Assembly (NCBI GenBank): GCA_024679065.1
Contig: JAGIQG010000002.1
Span: forward strand, 118,854,001-118,918,000
Source: Sphyrna mokarran
Lineage: Eukaryota
DNA: 64,000 nt
Direction of reading: 5' to 3'
Every line of letters begins with the position of its first letter. Positions within the stretch are counted from its first letter, which is position 1. The notes beneath the pieces are model-generated. The model was not told the origin of the DNA and ran no database searches. It saw nothing but the letters and a program-made list of their open reading frames with translations. A program made the translations under genes and the position numbers. Shown here one piece after another: positions 47,646 through 60,310 of the stretch.

Positions 47646-48335
47646 CAAAGAACAAAGAACAAAGAGCAACACAGCACGGGAAACAGGCCCTTTGGCCCAA
47701 TGAGCCCACGCCGCCGTCCTAATGTCCTAATGACATATCCTTGTCCTTAGGCTATGCCTATTGTTGAAGATTCCAATATAGGGACCAATATAGGGACAAT
47801 TTGTTACCCAATCAGCCTAAGAGCACATTTTTGGGATGTGGGAGGAAACCGGAGCACCCGGAGGAAACCCACACAACCACGGGGAGAACACGCAAACTCC
47901 TGCAGACACAGGCCCAAATCCATGTGTCAGCACAGCAACAGCGATAGTCTCTGAGCTGTCATGTTGCCCATCAGATGGTCCAGTTTAAGCATACACTGAC
48001 GACGTGAAGCACTAGGCAACTCCTGAAGCAACCTCCAAGAGCAGCTCTCGCACGACATGCCGCATGCATGCCCCTTGTTGGTCAACAAGGTGGACTGAAT
48101 TGCCTGCGGAAACAAATAAGACATAATTAAACATGCTAAAAAAAAACTAAGACTTAGGTCTTAGTTTAGTTTAGACTAAAGGATAGTCTACTACTATTTG
48201 GTCCTCCCGATATTCAAACAGTCCTGCTATATCCCTCTATCTGCAGACCGCTCATGTGGCTGTCCAAGAGACCCTTAAACAACCCTAGCGTGCCTGCACA
48301 ACCCTAGCGTGCCTGCTTAGGCCAGTTAGGCCTGG
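47646..48335 (-). mobile_element. CR1 3' end with a long 3'UTR containing a V-SINE core
   Basis: ORF2 terminus TLGLFKGLLDSHMSGLQIEGI* (about 48295-48227), V-domain at about 47790-47900, stem-loop tail and (TTCTTTG)n. Confidence 0.75.
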
Positions 48336-48890
48336 TTAGGCCAGCACTTATTGCCCAACCCTAAATGTCCTTGAGAAGGTAGTTGTGAGCTGCTTTCTTG
48401 AATTGCTGCAGTCCACACAATGTAGATACACTCATGATACTGTTAGGGATGAAGTTTCAGGATTTCAATGCAGTAACAGTGAAGGAACTGTGTTTATTTG
48501 CAAGTCAGGATGGTTCAGAAAGAAACTTCTGGGTGCTGATGTTCCTATGTGTTGTGGCCCTTGCCCTTCTCGATGGTAGTGGTTGTGAGATTGGAAGGTG
48601 CTGCCTAAAGGAGCCTTGGTGAGTTTTTGCAGTGCATCTTGTAGACAGTGCACAGGGCTGCCACTGTTTGTCAGTGGTAGAGGTGGCAGCTGTGTCTTAG
48701 CTGGTGTTGAACTTCTTGAGTATTATTGGAGCTGCACTCATCCGGACAAGCGCAGAGTTTTCCATTGCACTCCTGACTTGTACCTTGTAAATGATGGACA
48801 AGCTTTGGGAATTGAGGAGCTGAGTTACTAGGGCTCCTTGAAGCCATACTCAATTAAATGTCAGGAATAGCCACTGTCACCTCACCTGAC
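48336..48890 (-). mobile_element. CR1-like LINE (family B) 3' relic (tail tip left at about 47615-47645)
   Basis: Reverse match to 18700-19230. Confidence 0.75.
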
Positions 48891-48899
48891 TAAAAATAG

Positions 48900-49000
48900 T
48901 AAAACATTTTGTCAAAGCTTTTCATCCTGTACTCATCAGGGCAATCATATTTTGCAATCGTCCTGATGAGAACAAGAAGAAAAGTTTTAACAAAACGTCT
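48900..49000. mobile_element. Palindromic mini-element with two opposed hammerhead-like motifs (family C)
   Basis: Minus: TTGCC-CTGATGA-GTACAGGAT-GAAA-AGCTTT-GACAA. Plus: TCGTC-CTGATGA-GAACAAGAA-GAAA-AGTTTT-AACAA. Confidence 0.6.
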
Positions 49001-49271
49001 TTTTCAGCAAAACTCAAGTTCTGTCCCACCAAATGGTTAAAATAATAGTTGCTAACTAAATACCTACAAAGATTAAATGCTGATAAGGATTGAAGATATT
49101 TATAAAGATGAAATTCAGTTCAATATTTTGTGATATCATTTCAGGCCGATAGCCAACTGTTGAGGTTTTGGTATCTTTTTTTTTAATTCATTTGTGGAAC
49201 ATGGCTGTTTCTGGCTGGTCATCATTTATCTGAAACGAAGGTTGCAGTTTGAGAATTGTGTTCAGCAGCTG

Positions 49272-49890
49272 TGTAGGATCCATTCATTCCAATGAATAGA
49301 TGAGGACCACACCCGGTATGATGAATATTTTTTATTAAACAAAACTTAAAATTAATATTGCAGAAGTAAAAAGAAAGAGAAGAGTTGGAAACTGACTTTT
49401 ACTGTCAGCCTCTGCACAAAAACATGTACTGAGATGAGCAAAATCTGAGTATTGAACTGCGCTCGAAGAGATCTCGAAAACAAACTGAAACTTAAACACG
49501 GTTCCAAACTATATTTTAATTCTTATCTTGTTATTGTGAATGTCCTTTACAGCCTTCTCTGTTGAGAGAAAACAGGTTTTGCACCTGTTGTTATCAAAGC
49601 TTGTGTTGTTTACTGTCTATTTTTCTGGAATGTGGTCAATTTTCAGCTAACCCAGCATGCCTTCTGAGTTTAAAAATGTAGTCAAGTATTAGTTAACCCT
49701 ACAGACTAGCATTTAAATGTATTTACATAGGCAGAAATATCTTAAAAGAAGTCTTTGCATAGACAGGGCTAAGCATACATAAGATCTCTCAAACTGCATT
49801 GGCATGTGTTATCAAATAGTCATAATTTTGTAGGTGGACTTAGTAACTAGAGCAGCTTTGGATAATGAGTGATAGTCCCTTTTCTCTACA
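49272..49890 (-). mobile_element. Candidate solo LTR
   Basis: TGTAG...CTACA termini, AATAAA on the minus strand near 49335, imperfect 5-bp flanks AGCTG/GGCTC. Confidence 0.35.
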
Positions 49891-50057
49891 GGCTCTGCTG
49901 GCACAACACTTGAACACTTCTTGAGTTCCTTTTCAGCAGACCAGTGAGGATTTCTGGACAATGTCCTCTATGACTCCTGCCAGCAGAGTGAAACTCGGCT
50001 CTCACTTACTGTTCACAGTTAATTTAGCTGAAAGCTCTGGGCTGGAATTGTCTTCCA

Positions 50058-50360
50058 GTATGGTGGCACAGTGGTTAGCAATGCTGCTACACAGCGCCAG
50101 GGAACCGGGTTTAATTCTGGCCTTAAGTGACTGTCTGTGTGAAGTGAGCATTTTCTCTCAGTATCTCCTTGTGTTTCCTCCGGGTGCTCACATTTCCTCC
50201 AATATTCAAAGATGTGTGGGTTAGTTTGAACAGTGATCATTGTAAATTGTCCCTTAGTGTCAGGGGGATTAGCAGGTTAAATTCGTTTGGTTATGGATGC
50301 AATTGTGCAGGCTTGATGGGCTGAATGGACTCTTTTGCAATATAGCGGTCCTATGATTCT
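50058..50360 (+). mobile_element. HE1-type V-SINE
   Basis: Head, V-domain and tail. Confidence 0.85.
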
Positions 50361-50452
50361 GTGAAGTCTTCTGTGTTTTCTGCATGGAATGGCTTCCACA
50401 GTCTATATCTATCACCATAGAAAAAAATAGCTGCCCTGTCAATTTCAAATGA

Positions 50453-51226
50453 TGTGGAGAAGCTGGCATTAGACTGGAATAAACATAGTAAGAACTCTCC
50501 AACAGGTTTATTTGGTAGCAAAATCCACTAGCTTTCAGAGCGCTGCTCCTCCGACAGGTAAGTGAGAGTTCTGTTATCAGAACTATCTGGAATCAGAGAA
50601 TCATTGTATCCTACAGTGCGAGAGGCCATCCTGCCCATCAAGTCTGCACTGATTATCTGCCAGAATATCTTACCCAGGCCATAGAAATCCGACAGTGTAG
50701 AAAGAGGCCATTTGGCCAATCGACTCTGCACTGAAAACAATTCCACCCAGGCCCTAACCCCATATCCCTACGTATTTACCCGCTAATCCTTCTAACCTAC
50801 ACATCCCAGGGCAGTAAAGGGGCAATTTAGTGTGGCCAATCCTCCTAACCCACTCATCTTTGGACTGGGAGAGGAAACCGAAGCACATGGAGGAAACCCC
50901 AGCAGGCATGGAGAATGTGCAAACTCCACACAGTGACCCAAGCTGGGAAACAAACCCAGGTCCCTGGAGCTGTGAAGCAATAGTGCTAACTACTATGCTA
51001 CCATGCCACTCTCTTCCCATTCTATATCCGTAATCCCACATATTTAGCACGGCTAATTCACTTAATCTGCACACTTCTGGACTGTGGGAGAAACCGGAGG
51101 AAAGCCACGCAGACATAAATGAAACTCCCATGTATCTGACGAAGGAGCAACACTCAAAAAGCTAATGGACTTTGCTACCAAATAAACTTATTGGATGTTG
51201 ACCTGGTGTTGTGAGCCTTCTTTCTA
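50453..51226. mobile_element. Penelope-like family A palindromic element containing two nested HE1 SINEs
   Basis: Arms at about 50450-50590 and 51130-51226. TSD CAATTTCAAATGA (50440-50452 and 51227-51239). Outer HE1 at about 50596-50680 plus 51009-51130; inner HE1 at 50681-51008; both minus. Confidence 0.8.
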
Positions 51227-51576
51227 CAATTTCAAATGAGCCATTGTTCCACCTGGCTAGGAAGTTAATTTGGTTGTTGTCCTTTGAAGTCCCTTCCTGA
51301 CTCCAGTTCTCTGAAATGCTAAGGATTCTTCACATCTTTAGAAAATTCAGTGGACAGCCCTGGAAGAGTCCTGCATTTTAATGACTGTGTGATCTGTTCT
51401 GGAAGGAACAGAAGTTTGACAATGTCTGAAAAAAAAGTGCCAAGGTCCAGCCCTTCATTTTGAAAAGACATTTTAAGCTTAATTTAAAGATTTGAAATCA
51501 GAAAAATGTATTTTAAAACTGTTGTCTTTAAAATCTGTATTATGATTGCCCGTTGTAAAGGTGATTTGATTGAGGT

Positions 51577-51895
51577 AAAAGCAAATTACTGCAGATGCTG
51601 GAATCTGAAATCAAAAAAGAAAATGCTGGAAAATCTCAACAGGACTGCCAGCATCTGTAAGAAAGAAAAAAAGCTGACGTTTCGAACCCAGATGGTGCTT
51701 TGTCAAAGCTAAAAGGCATAGAAAGTGGGAGATATTTAAACTGCAGGGGGAGAGAATGAAAGATGAGACGGAGACACAGAAACCAGGGGAAAGGCTGCTA
51801 ATGGCAGTCCACGGAAAGAATAGAAGATGTGAATGGCCAAACGGCAGAGAAGCTGAAATCAGAGAGTAAACTGTGACAGACGAAGATGTGGGGGC
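51577..51895 (-). mobile_element. Penelope-like family B pLTR fragment inserted in an old CR1 relic
   Basis: Reverse match to 8873-9007; minus AGCT-TTGACAA-AGCACCATCTGGGTTC-GAAA-CGTC-AGCT. Flanked by the duplicated TGATTTGATTGAGGT. Confidence 0.75.
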
Positions 51896-52299
51896 CTGGA
51901 GGAGGATGATGATTTGATTGAGGTGTTTGGAATGATTAATGAATTTGGTCAAATGGTTGGGACAAACAATTTCCCTTTGACCATAACCTTAAAATTAGAG
52001 TTAATGCCATTCAGTGGTTATATCAAGGTGCATTTCTTCTGACAAATAATAATGAAAAAGGGTAGGATGCCCCTAAGGTCCCCTTAGTAGAAGGGTTAAT
52101 AGCTAAGGGGCATAGATTTAAGTTTAGAGGCAAAAGATTTGAGGAAAAACCCTTTCACAGAGTGCGGTGGGAATCTGCCTGAAAGGGTGATAAAGGCAGG
52201 AACCGCCATAAAACTTAAGAAGCAACTAGATGAGCACTTGAACTGTCATAGCATAAATGGTTATGGACCAAGTGCTGGAAAATGGGAGTAGAATAGATA

Positions 52300-52770
52300 G
52301 AGCGACACGCTAGCACAATGATTAGCACTGCTGCCTCACAGCTCCAGGAACCCAGGCTCAATTCCAGCTTTAGGTCACTGTCTGTGTGGAGTTTGCACAT
52401 TCTCCTGTAACTTTCTGAATGTTTGTGCCAGCGGAATTTTCCCATCCCACTACAGAGAATGGAGATTTGGCTAGTTGCCAAAATCTTTGAATTTGCTGTA
52501 GTGGGGCACGGTGTCAAGAGGCAGTAAGACCACGCACCCCCCACCCCCATCACCACCACCATGTCTGCGTGGATTTCTTCTGGGTGCTCCTATTTCCTCC
52601 CACAGTCCAAAAATATGCAGGTTAGGTGGATTCCCTTGCTAAATATATGGGTTACGGGTATAGGATGGGGAGAGGGCCTGGGTAAGATATTCTGTCAGAT
52701 AATCAGTGCACACTTGATGGGCAGAATGGCCTCTTCTGCAATGTAGGGATACACTGATTCTATGATTCTA
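52300..52770 (+). mobile_element. HE1-type V-SINE with an internal MITE-like insertion (about 52410-52560)
   Basis: V-domain interrupted after CATTCTCCTGT and resumed at ATGTCTGCGTGG. Confidence 0.75.
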
Positions 52771-53117
52771 GATAGATACTTGTTGGCTAGATACACATGA
52801 TGAGCTGAAGGGCCTCTTTCTGTACTGCGAAACTCTTTGGGTTCTGTGAAAAAATGGAACTTTCTCACTCAAAATTCTGTTGATGTTAGGTTACTTAAGC
52901 ATTTTAAAACTTAGATCTTTGTTCAGCATTAAAGGTCATAGAACGAATGAACAAAATGTTGTTAAGATCCTGACCAGCTCTGATCGAATTGAATTGTAAA
53001 ACAGGTTGGAGAGGTGGAATATCCCACTCTTGTTCCTATGTCTACACTTTTATATTGGCAAAAGGGGATAATTGTTATCTCCCAGTAATCACACTAGTTC
53101 CAAATTCTGGAGATACA

Positions 53118-53830
53118 GGAGAGGTGACAGTGTAGTAGGAACATTATTGGAAGAGTAATGCAAAAGCCCAGGCTTCAGACCTGTGGCCACAGGTCCAAAT
53201 CCAATCACCCCAGCAGCTGTATTAGTATAAATTCAATTCATAACATTTAAAAGTTGGTTTTAGTAATGGTCATCATGAAATATTGTAAAATGTCAAAAAA
53301 CCCACATGGTTCATTAATGTCCCTTTAGGGAAGGAAATTTGCCATCCTTATCTGGGCTGGTCTACATGTGACTTCACATCCACAGTGATGTGATTGGCTC
53401 TTAACTACTTTCTGAAATCATACAATCATAGAATACCTACAGTGCAGAAGGAGGCCATTTGGCCCATTGAGCCTGCGCCAATTCTCTGAAAGAGCATCCC
53501 TCGCAGCCTTAGTCTTGTAACCACACATATTATCCCACTACATATTTCGGACACCAAAGGGCAATTTAACACGGCCAATCCACTCAACCTGCACATCTTT
53601 GGACTGTGGGGGGAAACTGGAGCACCCGGAAGCAAACTCTTACAGACACAGGAAGAATGTGCAAACTCCACACAATCACCCAGGGCCAGAATTGAACCCA
53701 ATCTCTGGTTCTGTGAGGCTGCAGTGCTAACCATTGTGCCACTATTTTTTGCAAGTCACTGAGTTCAAGAGCAATTAGGGATGGGTAGCAAATGCTGACC
53801 TTGCCAGTGATGCCCATATCCCATTAAATA
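53118..53830 (+). mobile_element. tRNA-derived SINE (type C) interrupted by HE1 (53416-53742, minus)
   Basis: Head GGTGACAGTGTAGTAGG, body AAAACCCACATGGTTCATTAATGTCCCTTTAGGGAAGGAAAT, tail GCAATTAGGGATGGGTAGCAAATGCTG. Confidence 0.75.
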
Positions 53831-54196
53831 ATTAGAAGAAAACTTAGCCTCAACAATGATGGGGTATGTCAAAATAGATAGATGTGAAACCAAGCATTCT
53901 CCAGATTTGAGTGGTTCAATTCCACATTTCTATTTAACATAGGCATCAAGCAACCACAAGTATCTGTATTTTTGAATGACTCAGGTTATTCAGCTGAGTC
54001 CATTGTTCGAAAAGCACTAGAAAAAGTAGCAAGAACATATTCTCCAATGTTTTATACCCAAGTATCAATGACCCAGCAACGTGATCATGAAAACTTCCCA
54101 ATTCATCAAATAATTTACTCCCAATTCTGCCATTTTGAACTGTAGTCCCAATGACCTCAGCTGGCAAATGTGCACAAGTGCTCTTTTTTAGAATGC

Positions 54197-54560
54197 TTTT
54201 TCATTCATTCATGGGACAGGGACATTGCTGGCTGGACCAGTGTTTTTTTGCTCATCCTCGGTCACTCTTGAACTGAATGACTTGCCAGGCAATTTCAGAG
54301 TGCAGTTGAGGAATCACTACAACGTAGGCCAGGCCAGGTAAGGATGGCAGATTTCCTTCCCTAAAGAACATTAGCAAATCAGATGGGTTTTTCTAACAAT
54401 GGTTTGGTGGTCATGAGTAGATTCTTAATTCCAGGTATTTTTTATTGAAATCAAGTTCCACCATCTGCCGTAGCGGGATTTGAATTCGGGTGCCTGGAAC
54501 ATTAGCTGAGTTTTTGAATTAATAGTCTAGTGATAATACCACTAGTCCATTGTCTCCCCT
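54197..54560 (-). mobile_element. tRNA-derived SINE (type C), near full length
   Basis: Homologous to 739-1339 and 13820-14150. Confidence 0.8.
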
Positions 54561-55537
54561 TTGCGCAGAGGCAAACGGTGTCATACATTCCTACCGTTAT
54601 ATAGCTTCAGAGCCAGTTGTGATACCCTCAATCAAATAGCTCATTGAAGGTTAGTGTCAGGACTTACATGTGAATAGGAAAGTAAAAGGATGGCAACACC
54701 CCTGCTACTGAACCCCAACGTAAGTCAGAAGTTTCAGGACAGAAAGGAATTTGTTTTTACTTCATTAAAAAAGGAGGATATAAGACTATGGGAGCAGGCC
54801 AACAGCTAGTAGCAGGCAATGCAACTGTGGTGACTGGAATACAATGGAGAATGAAATGCAAATTTAGTAGAGCAGCAGAAAATCTGATGAATAATTTATA
54901 AGCCAGAAATGAAAAGAAACAGAATTGGTAATTATATAATGCCTCTCGTGATGTCCCAAACAGATCCAGTGAAATGTTTAAAGTGTACTGTTTTGTGTAC
55001 CCCGTGTCTTCTCCCAACTCAAAATGGCTGTCTGTGCACGCACATAGATGTCACTCCGCTCAGTCAGAGAGCAGTTAATGACTTGATCACATGCAGGACA
55101 AAATTCTACTACAAGATTTTCAAGCAAAGAAAGATGGTGAGTGAGAGATCCGATGTATGCTTAGCTCTGTTTGTTTCAGTCTATGCAAATACTTCATCCA
55201 TGCAAAGATTTAATTGTAAGATATTTCTGCCAATTACATTTAAATACTAGACTATAGGGGTTCACTAACACTGCTAACTTGTAAAGCCAAATTGACTACA
55301 TTTTAAAACTCAGAAGGCATGCTGGGTTAACTGAAAATTGGCCGCATTCCTGAAAAGTACACAAGCAGAACAAGTATTGATAACAACTGCTGCAAAACTT
55401 GCCTTGTTTAAACAGAGACAGCTTGCAGAAAAGATTTCCAGTAACAAGATAAAAATTAAGATATGTTTTGATTTCAGTGTGTGTTCAGAGTTCAGTTTAT
55501 TTTCAAGATTTTGTCCATATAGTACAGGGACCGACTT

Positions 55538-56095
55538 AAACATAGAACATAGAACATAGAACACTACAGCACAAACAGGCCCTTCGGCCCACAAGTTGTG
55601 CCGAACACATCAAAACCTACCCAGCCATAGACCTATCTATAACCCCCAATCCCATTGGATCCCATATACTCATCCAGAAGTCTTTTAAAAGACCCCAGCG
55701 AGTTCGCCTCGACCACCACCGACGGCAGCCGATTCCATTCACTCACCACCCTCTGAGTGAAAAACTTTCCCCTAGCATCCCCTCTGTACTTGCTTCCCTG
55801 CACCTTAAATCTGTGCCCTCTTGTCGCGACCATTTCAGCCCTGGGAAATAGTCTCTGAGAGTCCACCCTATCTATTCCTCTCAACATCTTGTAAACCTCT
55901 ATCAGGTCGCCTCTCAACCTTCGTCTCTCCAGGGAGAACAGTCCCAGCTCCCTCAACCTGTCTTCATAAGGCATGCCTCCCAATCCAGGCAACATCCTTG
56001 TAAATCTCCTCTGCACCCTTTCAATAGCTTCCACGTCCTTCCTATAGTGAGGCGACCAGAACTGCGCACAATACTCCAAGTGTGGTCTGACAAGG
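55538..56095 (-). mobile_element. Young CR1 3' end (second subfamily)
   Basis: Open frame LEYCAQFWSPHYRKD...LLDEYMGSNGIGGYR with a (TTCTATG)n tail. Confidence 0.93.
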
Positions 56096-56179
56096 ACTTC
56101 TCAGCCAGTCTTGAAGTTTTCTCTTTCTTTTCATTTCTGTGCTGTTAATTTCCCACCACTGCTGAGGTATTATCAGACA

Positions 56180-56682
56180 GATATTATCAACATAGAAAGC
56201 ATTCCTTCTGATTGTATCACAGCTTGGTATGGCTCCTGCTCTGTCCAAGACTGCAAGAAATTACAAAGAGTTGTGAACATCGCCCAGTCCATCACATAAA
56301 CCAGCCTCTCATCCATTGACTCTGTCTACATTTGCCGCTGCCTCAGCAAAGCAGTCAGCATAATTAAGGACCCCGGGCACCCTGGACATTCTCTCTTCCA
56401 CTTTCTTCCATTAGAAAAAGATACAAAATTCTGAGGCTTCATACCAGCTAACTCAAGAACAGCTTCCCAGCTGCCAAGAAACTTTTGAATAGTCCTACCT
56501 TATGTTAAGTTTATCTTTCTCTACACTCTAACTATGAGGGTAACACTATATTCTCCTCCCTTTCCCCTCCTCTCCCCTACATACTCAATGAACGGTATGC
56601 TTTCTTTGCATAGCATACAAGAAACAATACTTTTCACTCTATGCTAATATATGTGACAGTAATAAATCAAATCACATCAAAA
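56180..56682 (+). mobile_element. Rex1/Babar LINE 3' end
   Basis: IESIPSDCITAWYGSCSVQDCKKLQRVVNIAQSIT, with tail ATGTGACAGTAATAAATCAAATC. Confidence 0.85.
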
Positions 56683-57344
56683 TATGATGATAATGTCAGG
56701 TCATCTTCCCAACATCATTGTGCCAGCTTTATGAAACATAGCAAGTGGATGGACTTGGAAATCAGGAACCAATCTATCACAGCTTGGTATGGCTCCTGCT
56801 CTGATCTCAGACTTTTGTACCTTTTTCCCAATGGAAGAAGGTTGGGTGTCTGAAGTATGCAGGGTCCTTGAATCTGTTGGCTGCTTTCCCAAACAAGAAC
56901 TGCCCGAAACAAAAACAAACCATAAAGGAAATTTAAAGCAAAAATCCAAAATGTGATTAAAAGGGCCAATAGCATGGAAAGATAAATGGGGAGCTTGCCC
57001 ACATCATTAAAATTTTATTTAAGTAGAAATTGAAAGTCATTAAAACAAAATTGACTGTAATAATATGTCGTGTCAACGATAGGAGCTTGCAGAGTCTGGC
57101 TGATGTCTTTATTTTATGAGGAAGTTTGTTGGGGTGGGTTCAAACAGTTCAGCTGGGCCCTGAGTCTTATCCAGCTGTTTGGAGCGCTGTAACTGCTGAA
57201 AGTGCTTCATTCAATGAGCAGAGAGTTTCCATTTAAAATTTATATTAATTAGAACCCTGTTATCCATCTGCTGGGCACTCTATTTCTTGCTAATCACCCA
57301 GAGCATTAAAGTAGTTGAGAAAAATGGGCACTGTGATCTCAGTG

Positions 57345-58425
57345 GGGAACACAGCCGCCAGTGAGGATGAAGAGAACACTAAGAGGAGGAAGGGCAGAGC
57401 TGGAGGCCAAGGATACACTGGTGGAGTATGAAGGGGCCAGAACTGAGTCAGGCCCCGCACAAGCATCTAATATAACCTGTTGAGTGAATAGGCAGAGATT
57501 GAGCTATCTGCAACTGTTGGAGACACAGTACAGGTGAAGGCTCAGGTTATCAAGAATTGTAGGCATATCATTCTATGAATGCTGGCTGGACACCTCCTGC
57601 TGCATTGGGGGGGCACCCAATACCTGCAGACACTGTTGCTTTCAACATCCTTGCGACAGGCTCCTTCCAGGCAGCAGGGCTAAACCTCAGTGGCATAACA
57701 TAGACTGCTGCACATTACTTCATCAAGATCGTCACTGAAAGGCAGGGAATTACATCTCCGCTGGACGAGCACTGTCAGCTGGACAGAGTCTGAGGGTTTG
57801 CGGCAATTAGCACATCTCCAGGGTGCAGGGAAACCTTGATTGTACTCATGTCATTATAAAGGATCATGTTGTATAGCCTTGCACCTTTATTAATAGGAAG
57901 GTTTCCACTCATTCAATGTCTAATTGGCCTGAGGTTACCGACACTGGATCATGCTGGCATGTGCCAGGTACTCGGACAACAGCTGTAACTCCTTCGTTCA
58001 GCAAAACCCACAGGTTCCAGACCCTGCGGCCCTAGGTGGATGGTTTATAGGTGACTATGAGCATGGCTGATGACGGCAGTGAGGGTGCCTAGAACAGAAG
58101 CAGAGAGAAGGTACAAGGACAGGCACAGAACTACCAGGATCATTGTCAAGTAAACCACTGGCCCATTGAAGATGTGATTCAGCTACCCTGATAGATCAGG
58201 AAAGCATTGCAGTAAGTTCCCTTGCATGATCATGGTGTGCTGTGCCCTTCATAACTTCACTATCCAAAGAGGGGATGTTCTGGAGGATGAGTACATGGCA
58301 AATAGGGGCCATTCCTCAGAGAATGAGGTGAGGGAAAATGGTGCCAGTCAGGCAGAAGGCCCTGGTAGTGATTGCAAGGATAGCCATGTTAGGGATGTCT
58401 TAATAAGGCACAGGTCTCAATAGAC
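57345..58425 (+). pseudogene. Second Harbinger (HARBI1-family) transposase relic
   Basis: LATGSFQ, RVQGNLDCTHV, FINRK/FHSFNV, ARYSD, CCALHNFTIQRGD; multiple stops and frameshifts. Confidence 0.85.
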
Positions 58426-59669
58426 TCCAAGTCCTGACATCAAAGATGTGTATACAAACCTTTGTCTATGTACAATATGTGACTTATCATTCTATGTCAA
58501 CACACTTATCTCATCTTGCCCTGCATCAATGTTACAATGCTTTTGATTACCTTCTGATACAAATCCCACAGCTACAGTACAATAAGAAACATCAGTATGA
58601 CGGACTGTGAGATGTGGGTTTATTTAAAAATGTACAATGATTATCGACATTCCCAGAATAAGGAACTCACCCGTTTGCCTCTCTGAGTGATCACTGTGAA
58701 GTTTTCCGGATGGGTTTATGAGTGCTCTGGTGCAGTGCTAAAATTAGCTACCTCGCTTGCCCTGGACAATATTGACAGGGGTCCTCTGTGCTGCTATGAC
58801 TGTGAATGGCCCCCACCACCCCTGCTGGGTGTCAGGACGATCTTCTGTCACTGTAGCACTGCAATAGAACTAGGCCAATAGTGGATGGACAGAGAAGACA
58901 CTGTCCCTATCAGAGGAACACTGAGAGGTGTTTCCAGATGGCAGCAGTTGCTGATCATCCTCCACCATTTGGACCATTTGGTTCTCCCTGCTTAACATAT
59001 AGACATGTTGGGTAACCAATAGAGGGAGTCTGGGGGAGAGAAGGTTGGAAGTAGAAGATCATGCCATTTAACTGTAGACAATGGGCCACTTAAGATGGTG
59101 ATTTACAAAACATGCTGGGACACTTGGCCAAATACAGAAACAGACAGGCTACAACTTTATTTACTGAGATGAAATGAAGAACGGCCGAGAGGAAAAAAAT
59201 AGAATGTGTCTGGAAATGGAAAAAGTAGCTCACTGTAAAGTGATGACAAATTGCTCTGCAGGTCAATGTTTTGATTGCATCCTGAAGGTATGGAACCTTG
59301 CCAAATGTTTGTCCACATTGGATACTTAAGTTTGGGATTCCTAAAATTTACTGCACATTTAGATGGGATTCTCATATAATTGGTTCCAGCAGGTGACGGT
59401 GCTGGCTTCGGATGACCATTTGAAAAATCTGACCCTAATTCATCTTCAAGTACAAGGCCGCTATGCTCAGTGAATGTCGTGCTATTCTTATAAAGGTGCT
59501 TGTTCCCCAACATCATTGTACACAGGCAGATAGATACTGAGATTGTCCACTTAACTGATGTAAAGCAAGAGTACATTATAAAACACTGGGGTATGTCTAG
59601 CTTCTGTTGACAATTACCACTGTCAATCTGGAGGCAACCTTCTCACAGCAGTCTTCTCCCAGACCTAAC

Positions 59670-60310
59670 TGTAGAGGGAATACAGCAAAGGTTTACCAAG
59701 TTGATTCCTGGGATAGCAGGTTTATGACCTAAAGAGAGACTAAGTTGGTTAGGATTATATTCATTGAAGTTTGGAACAGTGAGAGGGTTTCTCATAGAAA
59801 CTTATACAATTCTAACGGGTTTGATAGGATAGATTCAGAAAGAATGTTCCCGATGGTGGGGGAGTCCAGAACCAGGAGTCACACTCTGAGGGTATGGGAT
59901 AGAGCAGTTAGGACTGATGTGAGGAAAAATTTCTTCACCCAGAGAATGGTTTGCCTGTAGAATTCTCATCCACAGAAAATAGATGAGGCCAAAACATTGT
60001 ATGTTTTCAAAAGGAGTTAGATATTACTCTTAGGCTGAATGGGATTAAAAGCTATGGGGGAAAAGTAGGAGAGGTTACTGAGTTGGATGAGCAGTCATTA
60101 TCATAACGAATCTCAAATTTGGTTTTTAATCCATAGATCTATAAACATAGACAGGGATCATGGGTAGAAGTGGGAACATCGGGGTGGCAGCGTGGGCTCG
60201 TTGGGCCGAAGAGCCTGTTTCCCGTGATGTTTTGTTCTTTGTTCTTTGAATGGTGGAGTAGGCTTAAAGGGCCGAGTGGCTTCCTGCTACTCCTATTTTC
60301 TATGTTCCTA
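59670..60310 (+). mobile_element. CR1 3' relic with a nested short CR1 tail (60133-60247)
   Basis: DRIDSERMFPMVGESRTRSH...NFFTQR. The nested piece ends (TTCTTTG)n like the 47646 element. Confidence 0.8.

Noticed and set aside
59157-59576. 139-aa minus-strand ORF
   Set aside because: No recognisable domain or splice signals; the length is compatible with chance.
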